Below, in pieces: positions 1 to 8,745 of a stretch of 64,000 nt of DNA. The translations under genes and the position numbers were made by a program. The stretch spans positions 1 through 64,000 of IMG/VR virus record IMGVR_UViG_3300020810_001156. One strand, 5' to 3'. Each line of letters starts with the position of its first letter. The stretch's first letter is position 1. The notes beneath the pieces are model-generated. The model was not told the DNA's origin. It ran no database searches and worked only from the letters and a program-made list of their open reading frames with translations.

Positions 1-2
1 AT

Positions 3-131
3 GTATCTGATTTTTTGGATGAGATGGAAATCAAAAGTTGGATGGCTAATGGAATTGGTGAAGGACCTTCTTCACAAAAGAAAAAGAAACTAACATCAGA
101 AAGAGTAAAACGAATAGTACAAATTGACTAA
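3..131 (+). CDS. hypothetical protein, 5' truncated by window edge
   Basis: Open frame from base 3 (VSDFLDEMEIKSW...) to TAA at 129-131. Confidence 0.5.
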   Translation, partial: VSDFLDEMEIKSWMANGIGEGPSSQKKKKLTSERVKRIVQID

Positions 132-132
132 T

Positions 133-315
133 ATGAATAAATTAACGTATCTTATAACCGAAAATGGTGAAACTTATTCAATGGAATTTATCACCGATAG
201 AACCGCAAGTTGGACTGAATCTCAGTATATGAGAAATCGTTCCAATATTCAAATGAATTTGATTGGTGAAGAACCAACGGATGAAACCGAACCAACATCA
301 TATAAATTAGATTAA
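133..315 (+). CDS. hypothetical protein
   Basis: ORF track 124-315; ATG at 133 follows the upstream stop. Confidence 0.7.
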   Translation: MNKLTYLITENGETYSMEFITDRTASWTESQYMRNRSNIQMNLIGEEPTDETEPTSYKLD

Positions 316-316
316 A

Positions 317-880
317 ATGGCAAATGATATTGAAAATTACATTGTAATTGAGAACTCAAATGAAGAAGTTCAAAAGGAAGTTCAGCGAATATTCCAAACC
401 GAAGAAGGTCAATGGGAAGTTCATTCAGAAGATTTAGCAAAGAGAGTATTTGGTGAGGATGCTCCCGAAGAATACGATAGAACTTGGTATTGTGATACTC
501 TTGGTGCTAAGTGGTTGTATGGTTCTATTGAAGATGATTCTGAGGAAGAACAAACCGTCCGAATCACTTCAGCATGGGACCCGGTTAATGGTTGGATTGA
601 ACGATTCGCTGAGAACCTACAAAAAATCAAAGAGGATGTTGTAGTTCACAATACCTTTGAAGATGAGGGATACAACTTTGCTGGTGTTTACTTTGTAGCA
701 AAATATTACGATGATTGTGAGTGGGTAGATATGGATGAGTATGAAGTAGATAAAATTTGGGAAGATGATGATGTTAGAGAAGAATATCATAACGAACTTT
801 ACCAAATTCTACAAGACCACAAAGGGGCATACCAAAATACTTTGGAAGATGTAAAGGAAAATCCTGAGGATTATCAATAA
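317..880 (+). CDS. YubB/DUF1281-like ferredoxin-fold phage protein
   Basis: Motifs WYCDTLGAKW and ITSAWDP resemble the WGTKW and FxTAWxPP motifs of this family. Confidence 0.55.
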   Translation: MANDIENYIVIENSNEEVQKEVQRIFQTEEGQWEVHSEDLAKRVFGEDAPEEYDRTWYCDTLGAKWLYGSIEDDSEEEQTVRITSAWDPVNGWIERFAENLQKIKEDVVVHNTFEDEGYNFAGVYFVAKYYDDCEWVDMDEYEVDKIWEDDDVREEYHNELYQILQDHKGAYQNTLEDVKENPEDYQ

Positions 881-913
881 AACTATATATTTATGGTAAA
901 TATACATTCAACT

Positions 914-1051
914 ATGAACATTAAAGAAAAACTTGCTAAGAAAATCTTAGAGACAAAATTGAATAAAGCAACTAAACACGCTAAATCTTATATTCAAAAG
1001 TTACAACTAGAATTGGATGATTTAATCAATAAAGGAAAAGGCAATGAATAA
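914..1051 (+). CDS. small hypothetical protein (45 aa)
   Basis: MNIKEKLAKK...; follows a TATATTTAT motif and overlaps the next ATG. Confidence 0.55.
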   Translation: MNIKEKLAKKILETKLNKATKHAKSYIQKLQLELDDLINKGKGNE

Positions 1052-1379
1052 AATAGTTTTAGGATATCTATCTGATGGTAATTTTTGGAGAGGTAGGCTG
1101 TATGAGGGTGATTTAAGTAATGATAGAAATTCATTGGAATATAGAAACCCAGACAAACTATCCGATTGGTTAGAAATAAAATGTGGAGGTGGCAAGGGTA
1201 ATACATATAATCCAGATATTCCAAATATCTATGATGCTGATAGATTGGAAGTTATCAAAACAACATTAGAAAGTAGATTGGGATGTGTAGTTGAATATCA
1301 CCAAACTGCATCCATCAATGATTATTGGGGAGCTAACTCAGAAGAGGATAGAAAAAAAGCAGGTACTATTCCTTATTAA
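1044..1379 (+). CDS. hypothetical protein
   Basis: ORF track; tight gene packing. Confidence 0.7.
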   Translation: MNKIVLGYLSDGNFWRGRLYEGDLSNDRNSLEYRNPDKLSDWLEIKCGGGKGNTYNPDIPNIYDADRLEVIKTTLESRLGCVVEYHQTASINDYWGANSEEDRKKAGTIPY

Positions 1380-1425
1380 TAGAATATTTTAGGGTTAAAT
1401 TTTTTTGAAAAAAGTTGGGAAAACA

Positions 1426-1472
1426 TTTGGATTTCTCAACTTTTTTTCGTATGTTAGTACTGTAATTGAGAG
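1426..1472 (+). promoter_or_regulatory. Bacteroidota sigma-A-type promoter with conserved TACTGTAATTGAGAG tail
   Basis: TTTG 1426-1429, 20-nt spacer, TATGTTAG 1450-1457. Confidence 0.8.
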
Positions 1473-1491
1473 ATAACCTAAAAGTATTGAT

Positions 1492-1821
1492 ATGAATTAT
1501 TTGATTGACCCCACTTCCCTTCTTTTCAACTCTCACCGAATTGAGGGATTCACCAAAATGATTGGTGATTTAAAAATTCATCAATGGGATTTATTGGATA
1601 TCGCACAAGAAGTTGCTGAAGAGTGGACCGAAGATTGGCCTGAAGATGAAGGATTCGGTTCTTCAGATATGACCTATATGATTAAGAACTTTATTGATAA
1701 TGTAATTTGGAAATTCGCTAGTGGTAAGTTGGAAACCAAATTTACTCCTTCACTTTCAATAGTGGAGTATTCAGAAGCTGAACACCACAATATGGTTCAA
1801 CGAATGGAAAGTGTAATTTAA
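1492..1821 (+). CDS. hypothetical early protein
   Basis: ORF track; directly downstream of promoter. Confidence 0.75.
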   Translation: MNYLIDPTSLLFNSHRIEGFTKMIGDLKIHQWDLLDIAQEVAEEWTEDWPEDEGFGSSDMTYMIKNFIDNVIWKFASGKLETKFTPSLSIVEYSEAEHHNMVQRMESVI

Positions 1822-1833
1822 ACCCTAAAAGAT

Positions 1834-2067
1834 ATGTTAAACGGAAAGATTGATTTTCTAACCCTAAGTAAAGTTGAGAAAGAGTTCGGTAACTTTGAAA
1901 TCGGACAAGTTCATGGTGGTGGTAATCCCATTTACCTACGATTCGGATATTGGAATCGAGTTGATGTTGTGAAACTCAACGAAATCTTAGGTTATCATGC
2001 TACCGCAATCGAAGATGATTGGTACGATGATGATTGTGGTTGGAAATATTCATATAAACTAAACTAA
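1834..2067 (+). CDS. hypothetical early protein
   Basis: ORF track. Confidence 0.7.
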   Translation: MLNGKIDFLTLSKVEKEFGNFEIGQVHGGGNPIYLRFGYWNRVDVVKLNEILGYHATAIEDDWYDDDCGWKYSYKLN

Positions 2068-2206
2068 GGAGGTACTTTTGAATAAGAAAGAATTCAAACT
2101 TTCAATCCGAACTTTGAACACTATGGCTAAACAAGGTATTGGTCATAGTTCTCTTAAAGAGGTAGTAAAAAATCTTCAAAAAAAATCAAAAAAAAGTAAG
2201 AAATAA

Positions 2207-2252
2207 TTTGGAATTCTCAGGAATATTTCGTATGTTAGTACTGTAATTGAGA
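2207..2252 (+). promoter_or_regulatory. Bacteroidota sigma-A-type promoter with TACTGTAATTGAGA tail
   Basis: TTTG 2207-2210, TATGTTAG 2231-2238. Confidence 0.8.
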
Positions 2253-2267
2253 ATAAAACCTAATACT

Positions 2268-2468
2268 ATGAAAAATTATCAAATCGTTTTAACAACCATC
2301 ATTTCCTTCTTTATCGCTTATTCGGTATTGTTTGGAATCGCACAAGAATATGTTCACTTTGCTGGTGAACTGAATGAGATGGCTGTATTTATCCTTGCTT
2401 CAACAATGGGATTCATGTCGTTGTTTGCTTGGAATTGGAAAGGATTGTGGAATTGGTTAATTAAATAA
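2268..2468 (+). CDS. small membrane protein (2 TM)
   Basis: Two hydrophobic stretches; ATG 2268 lies downstream of the promoter. Confidence 0.7.
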   Translation: MKNYQIVLTTIISFFIAYSVLFGIAQEYVHFAGELNEMAVFILASTMGFMSLFAWNWKGLWNWLIK

Positions 2469-2469
2469 T

Positions 2470-2604
2470 ATGGCATATTCAAAATCATTATACGAAGCAA
2501 TCCACAAAGGTACTTTGGTAAAATACCTAATGAGTAGAGATAGAGAGATAAAAAAACTTAAAAAAGAGATAGAAACCCTTAAAAACGGAAGTTATGAAAG
2601 CTAA
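2470..2604 (+). CDS. small hypothetical protein (44 aa)
   Basis: MAYSKSLYEAIHKG...; fills the gap between flanking genes. Confidence 0.55.
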   Translation: MAYSKSLYEAIHKGTLVKYLMSRDREIKKLKKEIETLKNGSYES

Positions 2605-2899
2605 TTTATTAGTACATTGTCAGTATTACGAAAACTATAATGTGGATTCCAATGGATTTGGTGAAGTTCCATATTGGAAACCTAAAGGTGGACACACCTT
2701 TACAATGCCTGTTGATTCAGACACGGTATTTTATGCGGATGAGGATAAACTCATTCAAGCCATCAAAAATTTGGTGGAATCTCAGAATTCGATTGCTGCG
2801 AAGTTCGAATATATCGAACATGAGTTGGTAACTTCTGAACCTACTTTGGTTGAAGGTTTGGAAACGGAGTTGGAAAAACTTTATAAAGAGGTTGCCTAA
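2594..2899 (+). CDS. hypothetical protein
   Basis: ORF track. Confidence 0.7.
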   Translation: MKANLLVHCQYYENYNVDSNGFGEVPYWKPKGGHTFTMPVDSDTVFYADEDKLIQAIKNLVESQNSIAAKFEYIEHELVTSEPTLVEGLETELEKLYKEVA

Positions 2900-2900
2900 A

Positions 2901-2932
2901 TTAGGTTTTCTCAAATAAATTTCGTATATTTG
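2901..2932 (+). promoter_or_regulatory. Bacteroidota sigma-A-type promoter
   Basis: TTAG at -33, TATATTTG 2925-2932. Confidence 0.65.
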
Positions 2933-2936
2933 TATT

Positions 2937-3242
2937 ATGGAAAAAGTTATTAAAGATGGTAAAGTGGGTGTATTGATTTCACCTGGTTTTGGAGCAGGAT
3001 TCTACACTTGGGGTTACCCCGAAGAAGCAATCTTTGACCCAACTTTGATTGAGTTGGTAGAAAACGAAAAGTGGCAGGAAGCCATTGATTATTGTGAAAA
3101 GACTTGGACCGATGGTTACTCTGGTGGTGTTCAAGATTTAAGAGTGGCTTGGATTGATGAGGGTACAAAGTTCATCATTGAAGAGTACGATGGTGCTGAA
3201 TCTTTCCTATTTAAAGAAGATATTGATTGGGTAACAGCATAA
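2937..3242 (+). CDS. conserved phage hypothetical protein
   Basis: VGVLISPGFGAGFYTW...EEYDGAE motif is typical of a widespread phage family. Confidence 0.75.
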   Translation: MEKVIKDGKVGVLISPGFGAGFYTWGYPEEAIFDPTLIELVENEKWQEAIDYCEKTWTDGYSGGVQDLRVAWIDEGTKFIIEEYDGAESFLFKEDIDWVTA

Positions 3243-3246
3243 AGTT

Positions 3247-3420
3247 ATGAGTGGAAAAGTAAGTGGATATACCGAAAAAATCTTCACCCAAGATGAGGTG
3301 AAAGATATTCTAAAAGAAATCATTGATATGGTAGATGATTTGGGATGGGAACATCAAAGAATGAGTACCAGCGGACAAGAAACCTACGAAAAGTTGTATG
3401 ATTACTTAGAAAATCTATGA
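3247..3420 (+). CDS. small hypothetical protein (57 aa)
   Basis: MSGKVSGYTEKIF...; ATGA overlap with next gene. Confidence 0.6.
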   Translation: MSGKVSGYTEKIFTQDEVKDILKEIIDMVDDLGWEHQRMSTSGQETYEKLYDYLENL

Positions 3421-3656
3421 AAACCTCAGTTCACTATCCATTAGATAAAGAACAAGCCAAACTTCTAAAACAATTGGATGTTTGGTTAATGGATAATATG
3501 TTAACACAGGGTAGTGAAGCAGAAAATATGGTGATGCAATTAAGAGAAAGAATCACCAAAATTGAAGATAAAGGTTACTATGATACAGGCGAAAAAGAAC
3601 TCTTAAATGAGTTAAGGTATCAGTATTTGGAGGACTTAAAAAGTAAATCTGAATAA
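3417..3656 (+). CDS. hypothetical protein
   Basis: ORF track; C-terminal GYY..KELLN.LR motif shared with 17543-17833. Confidence 0.7.
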   Translation: MKTSVHYPLDKEQAKLLKQLDVWLMDNMLTQGSEAENMVMQLRERITKIEDKGYYDTGEKELLNELRYQYLEDLKSKSE

Positions 3657-3659
3657 CCT

Positions 3660-3669
3660 TATATTTATA
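3660..3669 (+). promoter_or_regulatory. putative phage late promoter (ATATTTATA)
   Basis: Recurrent intergenic motif upstream of gene starts. Confidence 0.5.
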
Positions 3670-3721
3670 GAAACCGAATTGTTTTGTAAATCGGTTTTGT
3701 TGTTTAACTAAAGGGAAACCT

Positions 3722-4309
3722 ATGAGAAAACACATTATTTTTGGAATATTGATAGTTGTAGCTCTACTATCCTTTGGAATGAGTGATTCTAAAGACAAAG
3801 AGCTAAACCTTCCAACGATTGAACAAATGGAAGAAGAACGAAAACTGAAAGAAATTGCTATCCAAGATAGTATCAATCAGTACCACAAAGATGAATTAGA
3901 TAGATACTTAGATGCTATCGGATTTAGAGAAAGTGGAAATAGATATAATGTAACCAATACATTTGGTTATATGGGTAAGTACCAATTTGGTAAATCTACC
4001 TTAAAAGGCTTAGGATACAATGTAAGTAGAAATGAGTTTCTAAACAATCCAGACCTACAAGAAGAAGCAATGTTATCTTTATTAAACCATAATAAAGAGA
4101 AACTACAAACATATATTGACATTTACGATGGTAAAACGATAAATGGAATATATATTACTGAGAGTGGTATTCTCGCAGCTGCCCATTTAGGAGGACAAGG
4201 TTCTGTACGAAGATACTTTAAGAATGGAAAAGTTTTTAAAGATGGGAACGGAACTAAAATTACATCTTATATGAACCAGTTTAGTGGATATGACATTAAT
4301 TTAAATTAA
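3722..4309 (+). CDS. lysozyme-like / lytic transglycosylase protein with N-terminal membrane anchor
   Basis: IGFRESGNRY (catalytic Glu), GYMGKYQFG and ILAAAHLGG motifs of the lysozyme superfamily. Confidence 0.75.
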   Translation: MRKHIIFGILIVVALLSFGMSDSKDKELNLPTIEQMEEERKLKEIAIQDSINQYHKDELDRYLDAIGFRESGNRYNVTNTFGYMGKYQFGKSTLKGLGYNVSRNEFLNNPDLQEEAMLSLLNHNKEKLQTYIDIYDGKTINGIYITESGILAAAHLGGQGSVRRYFKNGKVFKDGNGTKITSYMNQFSGYDINLN

Positions 4310-4317
4310 TAAAGGAT

Positions 4318-4725
4318 ATGAGAAAATCGTTATGGATAGGGTTAGGCCTATTTTTTGTAGGTTGTGCCTACATCGGAGTACTTCTTCCTGGAGTACCAAC
4401 CACATTTTTTGTGATACTAGCTGCATGGGCATTTAGTAAATCTTCTGAGAAATTTAATAGGTGGTTACACGAACATCCTTTGTTCGGAAAGTATCTTACC
4501 AATTGGGAAACCAAAAAAATCTATCCAAATAGAGGTAGATGGGCTATGGTGGGTGTTATGTGTATTTCATTAATTTCAATGTATTTTACAGTTCCACTTA
4601 GAGTTGTAGGATATGCAGGAATTACATTTATACTAATTATTATTTGGGCATTTAGATATCCTGGTTCAGTTGAGGAGTATGATAAAAGAGTAAAAGAGGG
4701 TAAAAAAATCGGTTGGTTCAAATAG
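4318..4725 (+). CDS. ybaN: YbaN (DUF454) family inner-membrane protein
   Basis: GVLLPGVPTTFFVILAAWAF.KSS..F..WL..HP.FG.YL signature. Confidence 0.85.
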   Translation: MRKSLWIGLGLFFVGCAYIGVLLPGVPTTFFVILAAWAFSKSSEKFNRWLHEHPLFGKYLTNWETKKIYPNRGRWAMVGVMCISLISMYFTVPLRVVGYAGITFILIIIWAFRYPGSVEEYDKRVKEGKKIGWFK

Positions 4726-4728
4726 ATT

Positions 4729-5658
4729 GTGAAAAAGGTTACATTAGAACATACTGATATTCCTATAAAATACCCATCAATTGATTATTTTATTGATAAA
4801 CTTAAAAGTGGTCAACCATATCACTTTTTAAGATTTAATCATGGTATTATTGATTCTTTTGTTGACGCGTATGATAATTATGATATTCTTAAAAAAGATA
4901 TAGAATCTAAAAAATATGATACAATATCTCAAACGATATATGATGGGTATAAGAATTCACAATGGGGATTTAATTATTACAATTTACAATCAGAGACTAC
5001 GATTGATAAAATCAAATCTTTTGTAAAGATATTTTTTGAACTCAAATTATACATACCTAAATTGGAAGTTGGTATATCAAGTGGTGTTGGGATGGGTTAT
5101 ATATTTGGAACATATGCACCCGATTATCCAATTCAGATAAACAGAAATAAAGTTATTAAAGATATTGTAACTATAACAAATGGTGATTATTTCCATTCTG
5201 GTATTTTCAGGCATTTTTCAGTTATGGGTGATATGTTTAAATTCTTTGAAGTTGCCAATCAATTAAACTATGGTGTAATTGTAATAGGACCTAATTATTT
5301 GAGATTACTAAAATCCAAATATAACATTCAAAATTTCAATATGATTTCTATACCAACCAAAGGTGCTGTTGATTTTATGGATGAATATATTTCAGATATT
5401 AAAAATGCTATTAACCAAAATCAACATAACATATTACTTACATCGGTTGGAACTATAAGTTCTTGTTATATAGCTGATAAGTTAAAAGATGAAAATATCA
5501 TTGGTATTGATATTGGTAGAAGTTTAGATTGGGATATCAGAGAACATCAAAGTAAAGAACCTACAATGCCAAAAGGTGATTGTTGGATTTCACCTGCGGG
5601 TCGTGGAGATGTTTCTCAACAATATAAAAACTATATAAATGGTTTAAGAAATGGGTAA
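4729..5658 (+). CDS. putative GT-D-fold glycosyltransferase-like protein
   Basis: FLRFNHG N-terminal motif and C-terminal IDIGRSLD resemble GT-D/DUF1792 proteins; heads a sugar-modification operon. Confidence 0.45.
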   Translation: MKKVTLEHTDIPIKYPSIDYFIDKLKSGQPYHFLRFNHGIIDSFVDAYDNYDILKKDIESKKYDTISQTIYDGYKNSQWGFNYYNLQSETTIDKIKSFVKIFFELKLYIPKLEVGISSGVGMGYIFGTYAPDYPIQINRNKVIKDIVTITNGDYFHSGIFRHFSVMGDMFKFFEVANQLNYGVIVIGPNYLRLLKSKYNIQNFNMISIPTKGAVDFMDEYISDIKNAINQNQHNILLTSVGTISSCYIADKLKDENIIGIDIGRSLDWDIREHQSKEPTMPKGDCWISPAGRGDVSQQYKNYINGLRNG

Positions 5659-6289
5659 GGGAGTTTATAAAATTACTGAAGAATTTGAAGATAAATTGGC
5701 TCATTATACTGGAGCTAGATTTGCAGTAACGGTAGATAATATGAGTAACGCTCTATTTCTAGCGTTATATTATGAACACAATGTAATGAATAGAACTGAA
5801 GATATTCTTACGATACCAAGTCGTACATATCCATCAGTACCTTGTGAAATCATTCATGCAGGTCTTAAAGTGAACTTTCGTAAAGTTAAAGGAAAGACTA
5901 TCAAAGGAGCATACCAATTAGAGGGTTCTAATGTATGGGATTCAGCTCTAACTTTTACAGCTGATATGTACAAACCAAATACACATATGTGTGTTTCGTT
6001 TACAGGTCCTTACAAACATTTTAAACTTTCAAAAGGTGGTGCGATTCTAACCGATGATTATGATGCATATCTTTGGTTCAAAAGAGCTAGATATAGTGGA
6101 AGAAGAGAATGTTCATATCACGAAGATAACTTTGATATGTTAGGGTGGAATTTTTATATGATGCCCGAACTTGCCGCCAGGGGATTGTTACTTATGGGAC
6201 AATTCTATGAAGGTGGTAAGAAAAAGGTTAACGATGATTTAGAATTATCGTATCCTGATTTAAGTAAATTTGAAATATATAAACAATAA
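5651..6289 (+). CDS. DegT/DnrJ/EryC1/StrS-family aminotransferase (short form)
   Basis: FEDKLAHYTGARFAVTVDN..NALFLAL, SFTGPYKH...GGAILTDD and GWNFYM motifs. Confidence 0.8.
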   Translation: MGKGVYKITEEFEDKLAHYTGARFAVTVDNMSNALFLALYYEHNVMNRTEDILTIPSRTYPSVPCEIIHAGLKVNFRKVKGKTIKGAYQLEGSNVWDSALTFTADMYKPNTHMCVSFTGPYKHFKLSKGGAILTDDYDAYLWFKRARYSGRRECSYHEDNFDMLGWNFYMMPELAARGLLLMGQFYEGGKKKVNDDLELSYPDLSKFEIYKQ

Positions 6290-6309
6290 ATATATAGTTA
6301 GATTTATCA

Positions 6310-7452
6310 ATGAACTTCAAAAAAACCAAAGAACAATTAACGATAAAGAAATCAGCAAGAATATTTGCCGAAACTTATATTAAACCAAACGCTTATTATT
6401 GGGATAATAATGAAATCTTTCCAAAGGAGTTACTACATAATGCTGGTGAGTTGGGGTTTATGGGTATTTTAATTCCAAAAGAATATGGTGGATTGGGATT
6501 GGGGTATATTGAATATGCTGATGTAATAGAAGAGATATCCAAAGTAGACCCATCTATTGGATTATCCATAGCAGCTCATAATTCATTACCATCACAACAT
6601 ATTTACAAATTTGGTACAAAAGAACAAAAAGAAAAGTGGTTACCAAAACTAGCTTCTGGTAAGTGGATTGGTAGTTGGGGATTGACTGAAGAAAATACTG
6701 GTTCTGATGCTGGAAATATGGATTGTGTAGCTGTAAAGGATGGAGATGGTTGGCTGATAAATGGTGTAAAGAAATTTATTACACATGGTAAATCATCCGA
6801 TATTACAGTGGTAGTTGTGAGAACTGGTGATAGAGGAGATTCGCATGGAATGACTGCATTTGTGGTTGAAAGAGGAACTAGAGGGTTTTCCTCAGGTAAA
6901 GTAGAAACAAAAATGGGAATGAGAGCATCTGAAACTGCTGAAATGGTATTTAAAGATTGTTGGATTTCTGATGAAAATAGATTGGGAGAAATCGGTGAGG
7001 GGTTTATCCAATCAATGAAAATATTAGATGGTGGTAGAATATCAATAGCTGCACTATCTTTGGGGATAGCTAAAGGGGCTTATGAATGTGCTTTAAATTA
7101 CTCAAATAAAAGAGTACAATTTGGTAAACCAATTAGTTCATTCCAATCCGTTGGATTTAAATTAGCTGATATGGCTACCGAAATAGAAGCATCGGAATTA
7201 CTGATTCAGAAAGCATCTATTGAAAAGAGCACTAAGTTATCAGCTATGTGTAAGATGTATGCATCTGAAGTTTGTGTTAAGATAACTAATGAAGCTATGC
7301 AGATTTTGGGTGGATATGGATTTGTAAAAGGTGAATATCCAGTAGAAAGGTTTTTAAGAGATTCCAAACTATGTACAATCGGTGAAGGAACTACTGAAAT
7401 TCAAAAATTAGTAATTTTTAGAAAAATAAACAATGAAAGTAGGAAAGTATAA
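6310..7452 (+). CDS. acyl-CoA dehydrogenase
   Basis: GSWGLTEENTGSDAG, WLINGVKKFITHG, KMGMRASET, RVQFGKPI, QILGGYGF and TIGEGTTEIQ motifs. Confidence 0.95.
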   Translation: MNFKKTKEQLTIKKSARIFAETYIKPNAYYWDNNEIFPKELLHNAGELGFMGILIPKEYGGLGLGYIEYADVIEEISKVDPSIGLSIAAHNSLPSQHIYKFGTKEQKEKWLPKLASGKWIGSWGLTEENTGSDAGNMDCVAVKDGDGWLINGVKKFITHGKSSDITVVVVRTGDRGDSHGMTAFVVERGTRGFSSGKVETKMGMRASETAEMVFKDCWISDENRLGEIGEGFIQSMKILDGGRISIAALSLGIAKGAYECALNYSNKRVQFGKPISSFQSVGFKLADMATEIEASELLIQKASIEKSTKLSAMCKMYASEVCVKITNEAMQILGGYGFVKGEYPVERFLRDSKLCTIGEGTTEIQKLVIFRKINNESRKV

Positions 7453-7924
7453 TATAATCGCAGATGATGTAATTATCGAAGATGGTGTTGAAATTGGAAA
7501 CTTCAATATCATAGGAGCTGGAACTATAATCCGAAAGGGAACTGTAGTTGGTAACTATTGTGAAATAGGTGAAAATAATGATATCGGTGAAAACTCGATT
7601 GTTCAAGGTAGAGTTAGAACTGCTAGTGGGTGTATTATAGAAAAAAATGTAACTATAAAATATGGTACAATTCTAACTTCAGATGTACTACTAAAAGAAG
7701 GATGTTTTTTAGGTCCTCATACTATTACATTGGGTTCAACACATGAAAGGATAACCAAACATGGAACTGTAATCGGTAAAAATACCTACATTGGAGCTGG
7801 TTCGAAAATAGCTGCTGATACTAAAATCGGTGATGATATTGTAGTTGGTGCTTTGGGATTTGTAAATAAAGATATAAATGAAAAGGGAATATATGTAGGA
7901 TTGCCCGTTAAAAAAATAAAATAA
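7433..7924 (+). CDS. hexapeptide-repeat (left-handed beta-helix) acyltransferase
   Basis: [IV]G[DEN]xxx repeats; C-terminal YVGLPVKKIK. Confidence 0.85.
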   Translation: MKVGKYNIIADDVIIEDGVEIGNFNIIGAGTIIRKGTVVGNYCEIGENNDIGENSIVQGRVRTASGCIIEKNVTIKYGTILTSDVLLKEGCFLGPHTITLGSTHERITKHGTVIGKNTYIGAGSKIAADTKIGDDIVVGALGFVNKDINEKGIYVGLPVKKIK

Positions 7925-8745
7925 TGTTATCAATTCTTCCAAATGCTGGTTTTGGTTCTACAACCTATTATGATGGTGATGATGTAAATCACCTATCTCA
8001 CTTAAAAAATTGTAAGTTAATATGTAAAAAAAGATTCAATATTGATGAATCGGTTGAGCAAATAGTTGTAGAGGACCCTCAGCTACATTTTTACAAATTA
8101 TCAAATAAAGTATCAAATACTTACATTTTTAATGAAAATGAAGGGTATAGTAAGGGTAAAAATTGTGATATTCATAATACTGCTACAATTGGAGTGGGAG
8201 TAGAAATTGGTGATAATGTAACTATTGGACCAAATGTTGTAATTTATTCTCATACTAAAATTGGTGATAATGTAACAATAGATTCCAATTGTACAATTGG
8301 AACTGAAGGAATGATGTGGGTGTGGGATAATAATAAAAAAGTATATCTCAGACAGTTAGGTGGAGTTTTAATTGAAAATAATGTTAGGATTTGTAGTAAT
8401 TGTGTTATAGTTAGAGGTTCAGCTAATGAACTTACGATTATTAGAGAGGGTTCTAACTTAGCGCCAGGATGTTGTATTGGGCATGGAACTGAAATAGGTG
8501 AGTATGTACATTTCGCTAACAATATATCAACTGGTGGTTCAACAAAAATTGCTGGTTATAACTTTGTAGGAAGTGGTGTAGTTTTTAGAGCTGGTGTTAA
8601 CGTTACTTCAAATGATGTAATTATCGGAGCTGGTGCTGTTGTTAATAAAAACATAGATAAGAGTGGGGTTTATGTTGGTGTACCTGCTAAATGGATAAAA
8701 GAATCCAAAGGTAAATTAAATGGAATGCCAAAATGGAGAAGATAA
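7924..8745 (+). CDS. LpxD-like hexapeptide-repeat N-acyltransferase
   Basis: IGTEG..., QLGGVLIENNVRI..NCVIVRG, IGHGTEIG motifs of the LpxD family. Confidence 0.8.
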   Translation: MLSILPNAGFGSTTYYDGDDVNHLSHLKNCKLICKKRFNIDESVEQIVVEDPQLHFYKLSNKVSNTYIFNENEGYSKGKNCDIHNTATIGVGVEIGDNVTIGPNVVIYSHTKIGDNVTIDSNCTIGTEGMMWVWDNNKKVYLRQLGGVLIENNVRICSNCVIVRGSANELTIIREGSNLAPGCCIGHGTEIGEYVHFANNISTGGSTKIAGYNFVGSGVVFRAGVNVTSNDVIIGAGAVVNKNIDKSGVYVGVPAKWIKESKGKLNGMPKWRR

